DNA of 64,000 nt. Origin: Truepera sp. Lineage in GTDB: Bacteria > Deinococcota > Deinococci > Deinococcales > Trueperaceae. Positions 9,690-19,438 of the stretch are shown here, piece by piece. Numbering within the stretch: position 1 is the stretch's first letter; each line of letters begins with the position of its first letter. The DNA lies in the NCBI GenBank assembly GCA_965218435.1, contig CBDCKW010000009.1, forward strand, positions 896,001 to 960,000, written 5' to 3'. Under the pieces are notes generated by a model. That model did not search any database. It worked only from the letters and a program-made list of their open reading frames with translations, and was not told the DNA's origin. The translations under genes and the position numbers were made by a program.

Positions 9690-10963
9690 AGTTAAAGGTC
9701 AAGCTAGCCGCCGTTCTATTCGGAACTTTTTTGCCGGTCATCTTAGCTATCGCCGCCGCGCAGGAACCGGTGACGATCACCTACTGGCAGTACGACTACG
9801 AAACCCGCGTTGCCGCCATCGACCAACTGATTACGCAGTTTGAAAAAGCCAACCCTGACATTAAAGTGGTGCAAGAGACGTTCCCGTATGACGCCTATCA
9901 GCAGCGTATCGCGGCGGCCCTTGCTGCCGGTCAAGGTCCCGACGTGTTACAGCTCTTTTACGGCTGGCTGCCGGGATTTGTCCGGTCGGGGTATCTCGAG
10001 CCCCTCCCCGCCCAGTATTTTGACCCGAAAACGCTCGACAAAGCGTTTGTGCCGATGGTCCAAGCCGCCAAATTTAACGGCGATTACTACGGCCTGCCGA
10101 CCGCTGTTCGCAGCCTCGCACTCTTTTACAACGCCGATAAGCTTAAAGAAGCGGGTTTCGACGGTCCGCCTAAAACGTGGGCCGAATTCGTTGACATCGC
10201 TAAGGCACTGACGGTCAAACGCGGCCCCCGCTTCTCTCAAGAGGGCTACGGCATCTCACCGAACGGTCAAGACCACAACCTGATTCGTACCGTGCTGATG
10301 AAGCAGTTCGGCACCGAACCGTACAACGAGGACAACACCAAAGTCTTGTACGGCGACGAAGCGGGCGCAAAAGCCTTTAAGTTCTACACCGATTGGATCA
10401 CCCAAGATGAGATCGGCGTGATCGAATTTATCCCCGGCGACAACGGTTACCGCGACGGCTTTCGGTTACAAGAAAACATTGCCATGATTATTGACGGTTC
10501 GTTTGCGATTGGTGACATTCAAGAGGGCGCACAGTTTAACTGGGGCGTCGCCGAACTGCCCGTGTTGGAAGAGGGCGGGACCAAGGCCAACTTCGGCTCG
10601 TTTTGGATGAACGGCTTGACGCCGAACGCGTCGGCGGACGAGGCGACGCTGGCGGCGTCAGCAAAGTTTTTAGAGTTTATCACCTCCGAAGACGCCATGC
10701 GGCTCTGGCTCGAGACCGTTGGCGAACTGCCCGCGAGAGCGTCCCTGGCCAATGACCCCAAACTCGCGCAAGACCCGGTGTACGGCCCCTTTATCTCCTC
10801 GCTGCCGTTCGCCGAAGCGACCAGCTTTGTGGACGAGGCAGCCCAGCGCGACGTGATGTTAGACGCCATCAACCGCGTCGTCTTAGAGGGGCAAGACCCC
10901 ACCGCGTCGCTGATGCAAGCCGCGAAAGAAGATCAGGCCATTTTAGACGCGGCTAATCAGTAG
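9686..10963 (+). CDS. CUT1 (sugar-type) ABC substrate-binding protein
   Basis: Signal peptide; GQGPDV, LFYNADKL and PPKTW motifs; overlaps the lyase stop (GTGA). Confidence 0.9.
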   Translation: MKLKVKLAAVLFGTFLPVILAIAAAQEPVTITYWQYDYETRVAAIDQLITQFEKANPDIKVVQETFPYDAYQQRIAAALAAGQGPDVLQLFYGWLPGFVRSGYLEPLPAQYFDPKTLDKAFVPMVQAAKFNGDYYGLPTAVRSLALFYNADKLKEAGFDGPPKTWAEFVDIAKALTVKRGPRFSQEGYGISPNGQDHNLIRTVLMKQFGTEPYNEDNTKVLYGDEAGAKAFKFYTDWITQDEIGVIEFIPGDNGYRDGFRLQENIAMIIDGSFAIGDIQEGAQFNWGVAELPVLEEGGTKANFGSFWMNGLTPNASADEATLAASAKFLEFITSEDAMRLWLETVGELPARASLANDPKLAQDPVYGPFISSLPFAEATSFVDEAAQRDVMLDAINRVVLEGQDPTASLMQAAKEDQAILDAANQ

Positions 10964-11096
10964 AGCCTCGTAGGGGGTGGAGCGTTCGTTTCGTGCTCTA
11001 CCCCTCAACCTAGAAGTGTTTCCCAAGTCAGCTTTTCAAGTAGAAAGCTAAACGCTATGCCGACCTATTTTCCGAGCTTGTTGACAGGGGAGTTTT

Positions 11097-12083
11097 GTGG
11101 CGTCTCGAGCTGAGCAAACTAATTCACGAAAGGAGGGTAAGCCGGGGCGTTCGCGTCAGCTTAAACTCGCTACGCGTGAGGCGATCTGGGCGTATGTGTT
11201 TCTCGCCGTACCGCTGGCGTTTTTCCTCTTTTTACGGATTTGGCCTGCGGTTCAGTCGTTCAAGTTGTCGCTCTTTACCTGGCACGTCGATCCGGCGCAG
11301 CGTGAGTTCGTGGGGCTGGGTTACTACCGTGAGATGCTCGCCGACTCCGACTTGCACCGCGCGCTGCTCAATACGCTGCTCTATACCGTTATCACCGTCC
11401 CCGCACAGCTTATTTTAGGTCTGCTGATCGCTTCGCTGCTGCAGAACGTCAAAACGTTCAAGGGCTTTTTTCGGGCTGTTTATTTTGCGCCGTATATCAC
11501 TCCGGCGGTGGCGGTAGCGTGGGTCTGGGGCTGGATGTACTCGGTCAACTTCGGGATTTTTAACACGCTGCTGATCGACCTTGACCTCTTAGCCGAGCGG
11601 TTGGGGTTAGGCTGGGTACAGCTCGAGCCCCAACCCTTTTTAACCAGCCCGAGCCAAGCCCTCTACGCCGTCGCCGCTGTGGTAGTGTGGCAAAACCTGG
11701 GCTTTCAGGTGGTGATTTTTTTAGCCGGGCTGCAAGGCATCCCCCGGATGTTCTACGAAGCTGCGCAGATTGACGGTGCGGACGGTTGGCGCTTATTCCG
11801 GTACATCACGCTGCCGCTGCTCAACCCGGTGCTGGTCTTTTCCGTGGTGATTTCAACCATTGTCTCGCTGCAACTCTTCGATCAGGTCGTCAATATCAAC
11901 TTTACCGACCAGGGTGGCCCCTTAAACAGCACCCTGACGATTGCCTTATACATGTACCAAGAGGCGTTTGCCCGTTCGCGCCTCGGCTACGCCGCCGCCG
12001 TCACAGTGCTCTTGTTCGCGCTCATCTTAGTGATTACACTAGTGCAGCTCCGCTTTTTCTCCCGCAGAGTCGAGTATTCGTGA
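11097..12083 (+). CDS. CUT1 ABC permease
   Basis: EAAQIDGA loop and multiple TM helices. Confidence 0.9.
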   Translation: MASRAEQTNSRKEGKPGRSRQLKLATREAIWAYVFLAVPLAFFLFLRIWPAVQSFKLSLFTWHVDPAQREFVGLGYYREMLADSDLHRALLNTLLYTVITVPAQLILGLLIASLLQNVKTFKGFFRAVYFAPYITPAVAVAWVWGWMYSVNFGIFNTLLIDLDLLAERLGLGWVQLEPQPFLTSPSQALYAVAAVVVWQNLGFQVVIFLAGLQGIPRMFYEAAQIDGADGWRLFRYITLPLLNPVLVFSVVISTIVSLQLFDQVVNINFTDQGGPLNSTLTIALYMYQEAFARSRLGYAAAVTVLLFALILVITLVQLRFFSRRVEYS

Positions 12084-12898
12084 GCGCCCGTGTTCGGCCC
12101 GGCGTCGTCGTGAGCTATCTGCTGCTCGCTTTAGGCGCGGTGGCGATGCTTTTCCCGTTTTTATGGATGATCCTGACTTCGTTTAAGGACGCCCGCGAAA
12201 TCTTCGGGCTGAACTTTTTGCCGCAAACCTGGACGCTAGGGAACTACCGCGAGGTCATCTTCGGCACCGATTTTCCCCGCTGGTTCTTAAATAGCCTTAT
12301 TGTCGGCGTGTTGACCACCGTGTCTGTGCTTTTTTTCTGCTCGTTAGTCGGCTATACGCTCGCCCTGTTGCGGTTTCCCGGCAAAACGATTGTCTTTGTC
12401 CTGATTCTCTCGACCCTGATGGTCCCAACTGAGATGCTCGTCATTCCCTGGTTTGTGATGTCGGCGGATTACGGTTGGGTGGATTCGTATTGGGGTATCG
12501 CCTTTCCGGGTCTTATCACCGGCTTCGGCGTCTTTTTGATGCGGCAGTTCTTTTCGACGTTGCCCCGCGACCTCTTCGACGCCGCGCGGATTGACGGTCT
12601 GAGCGAGTTCGGTCTGTACTGGCGTATTGGCCTGCCGCTCGTGCGGCCAGGGTTGGCGGCGCTCGGCATCTTCTCGTTTATCGGCAACTGGAACGCTTAC
12701 TTGTGGCCGCTCATTATCGCGCAGAGTCCGCAGATGCGCACTGTCCCGGTCGGGGTGTCGCTCTTTTCCGGCGAGGCGTCAACGGCTTGGCACCTGATTA
12801 TGGCGACCTCGACGCTGGCGATTATCCCGGTGCTGGTCGTGTTTGTGGTGTTTCAAAAGCAGATTATCGAAGGAGTGGTGCTGACAGGGGTCAAATAA
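12080..12898 (+). CDS. CUT1 ABC permease
   Basis: DAARIDG loop; GTG start overlaps the upstream stop (ORF track start is over-extended). Confidence 0.9.
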   Translation: MSARVRPGVVVSYLLLALGAVAMLFPFLWMILTSFKDAREIFGLNFLPQTWTLGNYREVIFGTDFPRWFLNSLIVGVLTTVSVLFFCSLVGYTLALLRFPGKTIVFVLILSTLMVPTEMLVIPWFVMSADYGWVDSYWGIAFPGLITGFGVFLMRQFFSTLPRDLFDAARIDGLSEFGLYWRIGLPLVRPGLAALGIFSFIGNWNAYLWPLIIAQSPQMRTVPVGVSLFSGEASTAWHLIMATSTLAIIPVLVVFVVFQKQIIEGVVLTGVK

Positions 12899-12908
12899 AA
12901 AGTTTTGG

Positions 12909-13697
12909 CTAGAGCAGTGCCGCTCGCCCCGCCTCGGTAAGCGCCGCCATAGCTTGACGGTACGGACCGGGACCATAACTAATACGTGCGACGCCAAGGT
13001 CGGCAAGCTGCTGCAAAGGTGGCGTTGTAGGCAAAACCATGATGTTAATGGGAAGTGGCGAACGTTGGCACAGCCTCTCAATCATCGCCACGTCGGTTAA
13101 GCCGGGAACAAAAAACCCGTCGGCACCCGCTTCAGCGTAGGCTTCAGCGCGTCTTAAAGCTTGGTCAAGCTCGGCAGCGTCATGAGCTGCTGGCTCGAGC
13201 TCGAGAAAGATGTCGGTTCGGGCATTGATAAAAAGCGGTATGCCGGTCGCGTCGGCAGCTTCACGCGCCGCTCGGAGACGGGCACTTTGCGCTTCGACTG
13301 AGTACAATCCTTTGCCTCCAATGATTTGGTCTTCTAAGTTAACGCCGACAGCGCCCGTAGCAATGACCTTGGCAATCATCTCAGCTACAGCGGCTGGTTG
13401 CGAGCCGTATCCGTTTTCTATATCGCAGCTTACGGGCAGCTCAACACTCGCGACGATTCGATTTAGATTTTCCAACACTAAACTGATAGGTAGAGCTTCG
13501 CCGTCGCTAGCGCCGTGGGCTGCTGCCACCGACCAACTGCCGGTCGCCACCGCTTTAGCCCCGGAATCTGCAACCGCTTTGGCACTCCCTGCGTCCCAGA
13601 TGTTAAAAAGGATGAGCGGCTCGCCCTTGACGTGCAGCTTCTTGAAGTGTTGAGCGCGCTTTCTTTGTTCAGTCACCTTTGTCACCTTTGGCTTCAT
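12909..13697 (-). CDS. Isocitrate lyase/PEP mutase family protein
   Basis: NIWDAGSA, DIENGYG, GVNLEDQ, INARTD, AGADGFFVPG. Confidence 0.9.
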   Translation of the reverse strand: MKPKVTKVTEQRKRAQHFKKLHVKGEPLILFNIWDAGSAKAVADSGAKAVATGSWSVAAAHGASDGEALPISLVLENLNRIVASVELPVSCDIENGYGSQPAAVAEMIAKVIATGAVGVNLEDQIIGGKGLYSVEAQSARLRAAREAADATGIPLFINARTDIFLELEPAAHDAAELDQALRRAEAYAEAGADGFFVPGLTDVAMIERLCQRSPLPINIMVLPTTPPLQQLADLGVARISYGPGPYRQAMAALTEAGRAALL

Positions 13698-14721
13698 GCT
13701 CGAGTAACCACCCTTTGCGGCTTACACCGCCGCCGTAACCGCCTAAGCTACTGTCAGCCGCAATTACGCGGTGGCACGGAACGATCAAAGCGAGCTGATT
13801 AGCCCCATTAGCCTGCGCGACGGCCCGAACTGCTGAGGGCTTTTCAAGAGCTATAGCTACGTCGGTGTAGGACTTCGTTTTTCCAAAGGGAATCTCTCTG
13901 AGAACGTTCCACACGCTTTTTTGAAACGGCGGGCCGAAGCAGGCTGTCGGCGTCTTGAACGTTTTGAGCTTGCCTGCAAAATACGCTATCAGCTCCCGCT
14001 CAATCAGTTGGATAGGCTCTGTTTGTCCAGGAATAATGGCTAATTTGGTCTTTTCCCGTAGACGTTCAAGCTCACGCTCGAGTCCTCTTCGGTCAACAAA
14101 CTCGAGCAGATAGAGTACGTCGTCGTCGGCAACAGCGAGCATCGGGCCGAGGGGTGTATCGAGCCACGCAGCCCTAAGTACAGCTGAAATGCACCGGCTT
14201 GGAGTCGCCCCTAAAGTGCGCGTAAATGCCTCTCTAAACCCGCTACCTGAGTTGTAACCGGCACTGAGCTGAGCCCCAATAACACTTTCTCCTGCTTGAA
14301 TTTGCCTCAGCGCCAGCCCCATACGCCGCGCCCTCGCATACGCGGTGAAGGTCATCCCAAAGCGTTTTTGGAACTGACGGCGTGCGGTGGATACATCTAC
14401 CGAAAGTGCCCGAAAATCTTCCTCTCGCCACCTTTTCTCCGGCTCGGCTTCAACTGCTTCAACGAGCGTTTGGACGAGCTTACTCACCTGATTAGGGTGC
14501 GACAGGGGTTGGCAGCGTTTGCAAGGACGAAATGAAGCAAGCAGTGCTGCTTGTGCCGTTTTATAAAATTCACAGTTCTCGAATTTCGGTTTCCTGGCCG
14601 GACAAGTCGGTCGGCAAAACACGCCGGTCGTCTTGACTCCCACATAGAAAATGCCTTCGTATCCGGGGTCTTTGGCGACTAGCGCCTGGTAATAGGTCTG
14701 TCTTTCTACGGTTGTCAGCAT
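13669..14721 (-). CDS. ada: Bifunctional Ada regulator / methylated-DNA-protein-cysteine methyltransferase
   Basis: Ada Zn site CRPTC...RPCKRC, AraC HTH, PCHRV active site. Confidence 0.92.
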   Translation of the reverse strand: MLTTVERQTYYQALVAKDPGYEGIFYVGVKTTGVFCRPTCPARKPKFENCEFYKTAQAALLASFRPCKRCQPLSHPNQVSKLVQTLVEAVEAEPEKRWREEDFRALSVDVSTARRQFQKRFGMTFTAYARARRMGLALRQIQAGESVIGAQLSAGYNSGSGFREAFTRTLGATPSRCISAVLRAAWLDTPLGPMLAVADDDVLYLLEFVDRRGLERELERLREKTKLAIIPGQTEPIQLIERELIAYFAGKLKTFKTPTACFGPPFQKSVWNVLREIPFGKTKSYTDVAIALEKPSAVRAVAQANGANQLALIVPCHRVIAADSSLGGYGGGVSRKGWLLEHEAKGDKGD

Positions 14722-14952
14722 AGATGTTTGGCTTTCCCTCCTTCTACGCTCTAACATAGAAGAAAGGTTAACGTGCTGCCGCCGAGTTTCGGGCGTTGAT
14801 TTTGTGCCCGACGACTTCGCAGACAAAGAGATACAGAAAACTATGCCGACGACTGGCTTGATAAACGTGATTACGATGGTTCACACTTTTTAGACGATTC
14901 GGTAAGGCGTAAACATTCTGTAAGAAACTTGTAACAATCCTCCTGCTACATT

Positions 14953-16857
14953 TTGCCTATGTCTCTCAAACCGGCCTCTCACAGCAGTTTGGGCTCCCGC
15001 CAAACGTTTGACTTCGCCTCCCTCTGGCACAGCAGCCAGACCGACGGTGTTTCGCCTCACGTTCAAGACGTGCTGCGCCTTCAAGAACGGGCCATCGCAG
15101 CAGTTGGTAGCGGCGTCACGATTGCCGACGTGCGACAACCCGACTGCCCGGTGGTTTACTGTAATCCGGCGTTTACCGCCGTGACCGGGTACGCGCCGGA
15201 AGAGGTGCTGGGGCGCAATTGCCGCTTTTTGCAGGGGTCTGAAACTGACCCCGAGATGGTGAGTGTGATCCGTGAAGCTGTGAGAGACGGGCGCAGCTGC
15301 ACCGCCTTATTCAAAAACTACCGCAAAGACCAAACGCCGTTTTGGAACGAACTGACGCTGACACCCGTTCACGACGAGCAGGGTAGACTTACGCACTTTA
15401 TCGGCGTGCAGCATGACGTGACGCGCCGCAAAGAGGCCGAAGACGCGCTGACGCTGGCTAACCTGGAGTTGGAGGCGCGGGTTAAAGCGCGGACGCAGGA
15501 GCTCGAGCGGGCCAACGCGCAGCTCCACTTTGAGGCGTTTCACGATACGCTTACGGGCCTCGCCAACCGCGCTCTCTTTTACGACCGGTTGGCGCACGCG
15601 TTAGAACGCGAAAAACGCAATCCGCACAATGGTTTCGCAGTGCTCTATCTGGACTTCGACCGCTTCAAGGTGATCAACGATTCGCTCGGGCACTCGGTCG
15701 GTGACGCGCTGCTCGTCGCCATCGCCAAACGGCTGAGTGAACGTGTGCGCCCCGGTGACACGGTAGCTCGTTTAGGCGGCGACGAGTTTACCGTGTTGCT
15801 CGAGGATTTAACCGACTTTGATGAAGCGACCCGCGCCGCCGAGCGGTTACAAGAGAGTTTTGTCCGGCCGTTTGAACTGGGCCAGCACGCACTTTACATC
15901 TCTGCGAGTATCGGGGTCGTCCCCAGCACCGTCGGGTATAACGAGGCTGAAGAGGTGCTCCGCGACGCCGACATCGCCATGTACCGGGCCAAAAGCTTGG
16001 GCCGCGCCCGCACCACTGTGTTCGACGCGCCGATGCGCGAACGTGCGCTAAGTTTGCTGGCGCTCGAGTCCGACCTGCGCAAGGCCGCCGAGCAAGGAGC
16101 GTTCGAGGTTCACTATCAGCCCATCGTCTCTGCACCCGAGGGTCAGACCACCGGTTTCGAGGCGCTGGTGCGCTGGCAGCACCCGGTCCACGGTTCCGTT
16201 TCGCCCGCTGAATTTATCCCGCTCGCTGAAGAAACCGGGCTTGTTATCGCCATTGACCGCTGGGTGCTGCGAAGTGCGTGTGTTCAGGTTGCGGCGTGGC
16301 AACGGTGTCCGAACCGGGCCTCTTTGACGCTCAACGTCAACTTGTCGAGCCAGCAGTTTCTCCGCGCCGACCTCGTAGATTACGTTTCGGCGGTGCTTGA
16401 CGAAACCGGCCTTGAGGGTCGCTATTTGCGCCTCGAGCTGACCGAAACGGTGATGCTCAGTTCGTCGGCAGCCGTACAAGACACTATCGCCCGCCTCAAG
16501 GCGCTTGGCGTTCAGCTCCACATTGACGACTTCGGGACCGGTTACTCGTCGCTCGCTTATTTGCAGCATCTTCCGACCGACACCTTAAAGATTGACCGCT
16601 CGTTTATTGACCGGCTCTGTGCGGGGCGTGAAGGCGAAGAGTTGGTGCGCACCATCGTTACGATGGCACACAATTTAGGGATGAAGGTCGTAGCTGAAGG
16701 GGTCGAAACGGCCGAACAGCTGGGGCTGCTCGTCGCGCTGGGGTGCGACTATATGCAGGGCTACTACTTTTCCAAACCGCTACCCGCCGCCGCCGCCGAC
16801 ACGTTTATGACCCGTATAGCCCAGGCTGAGCCGTTTCGTCCGGTTGCTACTCCTTGA
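14953..16857 (+). CDS. LOV(PAS)-GGDEF-EAL blue-light-regulated c-di-GMP enzyme
   Basis: GRNCRFLQG, GGDEF, EALVRW and DDFGTGYSSL are all intact. Confidence 0.92.
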   Translation: MPMSLKPASHSSLGSRQTFDFASLWHSSQTDGVSPHVQDVLRLQERAIAAVGSGVTIADVRQPDCPVVYCNPAFTAVTGYAPEEVLGRNCRFLQGSETDPEMVSVIREAVRDGRSCTALFKNYRKDQTPFWNELTLTPVHDEQGRLTHFIGVQHDVTRRKEAEDALTLANLELEARVKARTQELERANAQLHFEAFHDTLTGLANRALFYDRLAHALEREKRNPHNGFAVLYLDFDRFKVINDSLGHSVGDALLVAIAKRLSERVRPGDTVARLGGDEFTVLLEDLTDFDEATRAAERLQESFVRPFELGQHALYISASIGVVPSTVGYNEAEEVLRDADIAMYRAKSLGRARTTVFDAPMRERALSLLALESDLRKAAEQGAFEVHYQPIVSAPEGQTTGFEALVRWQHPVHGSVSPAEFIPLAEETGLVIAIDRWVLRSACVQVAAWQRCPNRASLTLNVNLSSQQFLRADLVDYVSAVLDETGLEGRYLRLELTETVMLSSSAAVQDTIARLKALGVQLHIDDFGTGYSSLAYLQHLPTDTLKIDRSFIDRLCAGREGEELVRTIVTMAHNLGMKVVAEGVETAEQLGLLVALGCDYMQGYYFSKPLPAAAADTFMTRIAQAEPFRPVATP

Positions 16858-17186
16858 TAACTCTCAGCCTCTAAGCCTTTGGCCGAGTCGCCACTCGCGT
16901 CATCTAGTACCGTAAAAAGCTGACGACAACACAACACCTGGCTAGAGCGTGGTGTGAAGCTTGAAGATTCCCCCGAGCTGTTCGGTTAGCGCGTAGCAAA
17001 CCCGTCCCAGTCCAGCCTTTTGCACTTTCGGCAGCATCTTTTTGGGCGTGCTTAAAGGTAGGCTCGAGTCCGAAGCAAACATTTAGTTTAGCTGCTGTGC
17101 AAGACGCACGTTCAGCAGCCATAACAGCAGTTACAATCGCCTCATTTGTAACAGGCTTTAGGTCGTCAGCCTCAGCAGGCACCTGT

Positions 17187-17852
17187 TTACGGCGCGTCCG
17201 GGGTCAGATAGTGGCCGAGCAGGGCGGCGATCAGAGCCGCCACGATAGGCCCGACCAAGTAGGTCAGCAGCTCGGCCGGCTGACCCCGTAAAAGATCACC
17301 GGTCAAGAGCACGCTGGCAATCGCCGGGTTGAGCACGCCGCCACTACTCGGCGCAGCCACGGCAATCCCCACGAGCAGCGCCACGCCGATACCTAACGCA
17401 GCGGCGACTTCGGGCAGTTTGGCGATAACGATTCGCACGACAACAAAGACGAAGAGCGTCGTTCCCAAGATTTCAAACCACAGCGCGTTGACCTCGGTGT
17501 GGGTCGCGGGCAACTGCCGGTCGAGCAGCTGACCGAGACCCAACGCGAGAAACGCCCCGACAATCTGCGCGACGATATACGCAAACCCCGCGCCTACCGG
17601 AAACTGCCGCGAAGCCATCAGTCCCACCGTAACTGCCGGGTTGATATGCGAGCCCGACACCTTCCCGATGGCGAGCACCATGATGAGGAGCGTTGCGCCG
17701 ACGATGGCAAAAGTCAGGTTGGGCGGCGAGAGCAGCGCGGCAACCGTCAGCAAAAACGTGCCGAAGACTTCGGCGACGAGGCATTTGCTGAGATTGGGTT
17801 GAGGAAGTTGCGGTTCGGAAGTGGGGGGGGCAGCGGGAACAACCTTCGCCAT
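17187..17852 (-). CDS. MIP/aquaporin family channel
   Basis: AEVFGT, SGSHINPAVT, GGVLNPAI; start moved to MAKVV behind GGAG. Confidence 0.88.
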   Translation of the reverse strand: MAKVVPAAPPTSEPQLPQPNLSKCLVAEVFGTFLLTVAALLSPPNLTFAIVGATLLIMVLAIGKVSGSHINPAVTVGLMASRQFPVGAGFAYIVAQIVGAFLALGLGQLLDRQLPATHTEVNALWFEILGTTLFVFVVVRIVIAKLPEVAAALGIGVALLVGIAVAAPSSGGVLNPAIASVLLTGDLLRGQPAELLTYLVGPIVAALIAALLGHYLTPDAP

Positions 17853-18132
17853 AAAAGCTCCTTTAGACCTACGGGTCGACCAAATGAGCTGCACCCCCCG
17901 GCGCTGGTCAAGCTTGCAGACAGGCTATCGTAAAATCCCCAAGAAGAAGTTATAGCGCGGTAGCTTACGAAGCAGCTGCGCGGAGGTTTTTAGAGTCGGC
18001 TTAAACTCCTTTTAGAGATAACCGAAACCTAGAGACAACCGAGACCTGGAAACAATTGACAGAGACACTAGCATGTGCCGGAGCGAAGCGGCTATGGGTG
18101 GCTGTAGTGTTCTCAGCTGGCACTTCGCCCCG

Positions 18133-18873
18133 TCAGGCTTGGTCGAGCGGCCGAATCAGAATCTCGTTGACGTTGACCCGCCGAGGCTGCGTCACGGCGT
18201 AGAGGATAGCGGCGGCGACGTCTTCACTCTCGAGCGGTTCCATCTCCCCAACCCTCGCTTCGTAATTCGTCCGGGTTTCCTCGTCGGGAATGTGCTCGGT
18301 GAGTTCTGTCGCCACCACGCCCGGTTCGATGACCGTGACCCGAATCCCGTCCCCATGCGCTTCGCGGCGCAGGGCTTCACTAAACCCGTTCACACCCCAT
18401 TTGCTGGCGTTGTAACCGCCTGCCGTCGGCCCCGCGCTTCGTCCGGCGACCGATGAAATGTTGACGATGTGCCCCGAGCCTTGCGCCCGCATTTTAATCA
18501 GCGCCGCCCTCGAGGTGTACATCAAACTGAGCAGATTGATCTCGATCATGCTCTGCCAATCGCTCGGTTCGGCGCGGTCAATGGGGGAGAGGAGCATCGT
18601 CCCGGCGTTGTTGACCAAGATGTCAATCCGGCCAAACGCCTCGGTAGCCTTTTCGGTACACGCTGCGGCTTGGTCCGCGCCCCGGAGGTCGGCTGCAAAA
18701 ATAGCGGTTTCTCCACCTGCATCTCTGATCTTTTGGGCGAGAGCCTCGAGCCTCGCTTTACGTCTCGCGGCGAGTACGAGCTTGACGCCTGCTTGGGCCA
18801 AGGCTAAGGCGGTCGCCTCACCGATCCCTGATGACGCGCCGGTGATGACTGCAACTTTGCCGGTTAAATCCAT
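18133..18873 (-). CDS. SDR oxidoreductase
   Basis: TGASSGIG, NNAG, YNASK. Confidence 0.92.
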   Translation of the reverse strand: MDLTGKVAVITGASSGIGEATALALAQAGVKLVLAARRKARLEALAQKIRDAGGETAIFAADLRGADQAAACTEKATEAFGRIDILVNNAGTMLLSPIDRAEPSDWQSMIEINLLSLMYTSRAALIKMRAQGSGHIVNISSVAGRSAGPTAGGYNASKWGVNGFSEALRREAHGDGIRVTVIEPGVVATELTEHIPDEETRTNYEARVGEMEPLESEDVAAAILYAVTQPRRVNVNEILIRPLDQA

Positions 18874-18874
18874 G

Positions 18875-19438
18875 TCAAGCCTCCTGGTATGCGTTTACGA
18901 TTTCATCAATGAGAGTATCTATCTGTGCGTGGGGCACGACGACCGTACCGTTTTCGTCGCTGACGATCAGGTCACCGGGGTTGATGGTCAGGCCGCGCAG
19001 CTCGAGTGCCCTACCAACTTCTCCCCAGCCTGTCCGCATCGCCCGTTTTGGACTGACGCCCTCCGCCACGACGGGCAAACCTGTTGATCTTACCGCGAGT
19101 ACGTCACGGCACGCGCCGTCAAGGATAACGCCCGCGACGCCCCGGCTGAGCGCCTCCCGCGTCGTGGTTTCGCCCCACACAGCCCGGTCGCTGCCGCCGG
19201 TTGCCACGACGAGCACACAACCAGGTTTCGCAGTACGAATCCCTTCATAAACGGCGTCTAAATCTCCTTGGGGAGCGTGAACCGTATGGGCAGGGCCGAA
19301 AAACGGCTTCTCGAGGCTTCGCCAAACGAACGTCATAGGAAGGACTGCAACCTCATCGCTCGAGTCGCTCAAATCACACGTCAGGCTTCCTTGACTGAGT
19401 AGCTGTTGTAGGTCTAAATCAGAGGTCATAGAGCTCAC
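18875..19438 (-). CDS. RraA/HMG-aldolase family protein
   Basis: AVWGE, DGACRD, PGDLIVSDENG. Confidence 0.88.
   Translation of the reverse strand: MSSMTSDLDLQQLLSQGSLTCDLSDSSDEVAVLPMTFVWRSLEKPFFGPAHTVHAPQGDLDAVYEGIRTAKPGCVLVVATGGSDRAVWGETTTREALSRGVAGVILDGACRDVLAVRSTGLPVVAEGVSPKRAMRTGWGEVGRALELRGLTINPGDLIVSDENGTVVVPHAQIDTLIDEIVNAYQEA

Noticed and set aside
18020..18055. Short 17-bp tandem duplication (also 15-bp units near 5125-5165)
   Set aside because: Two or three degenerate copies, consistent with ordinary slippage.
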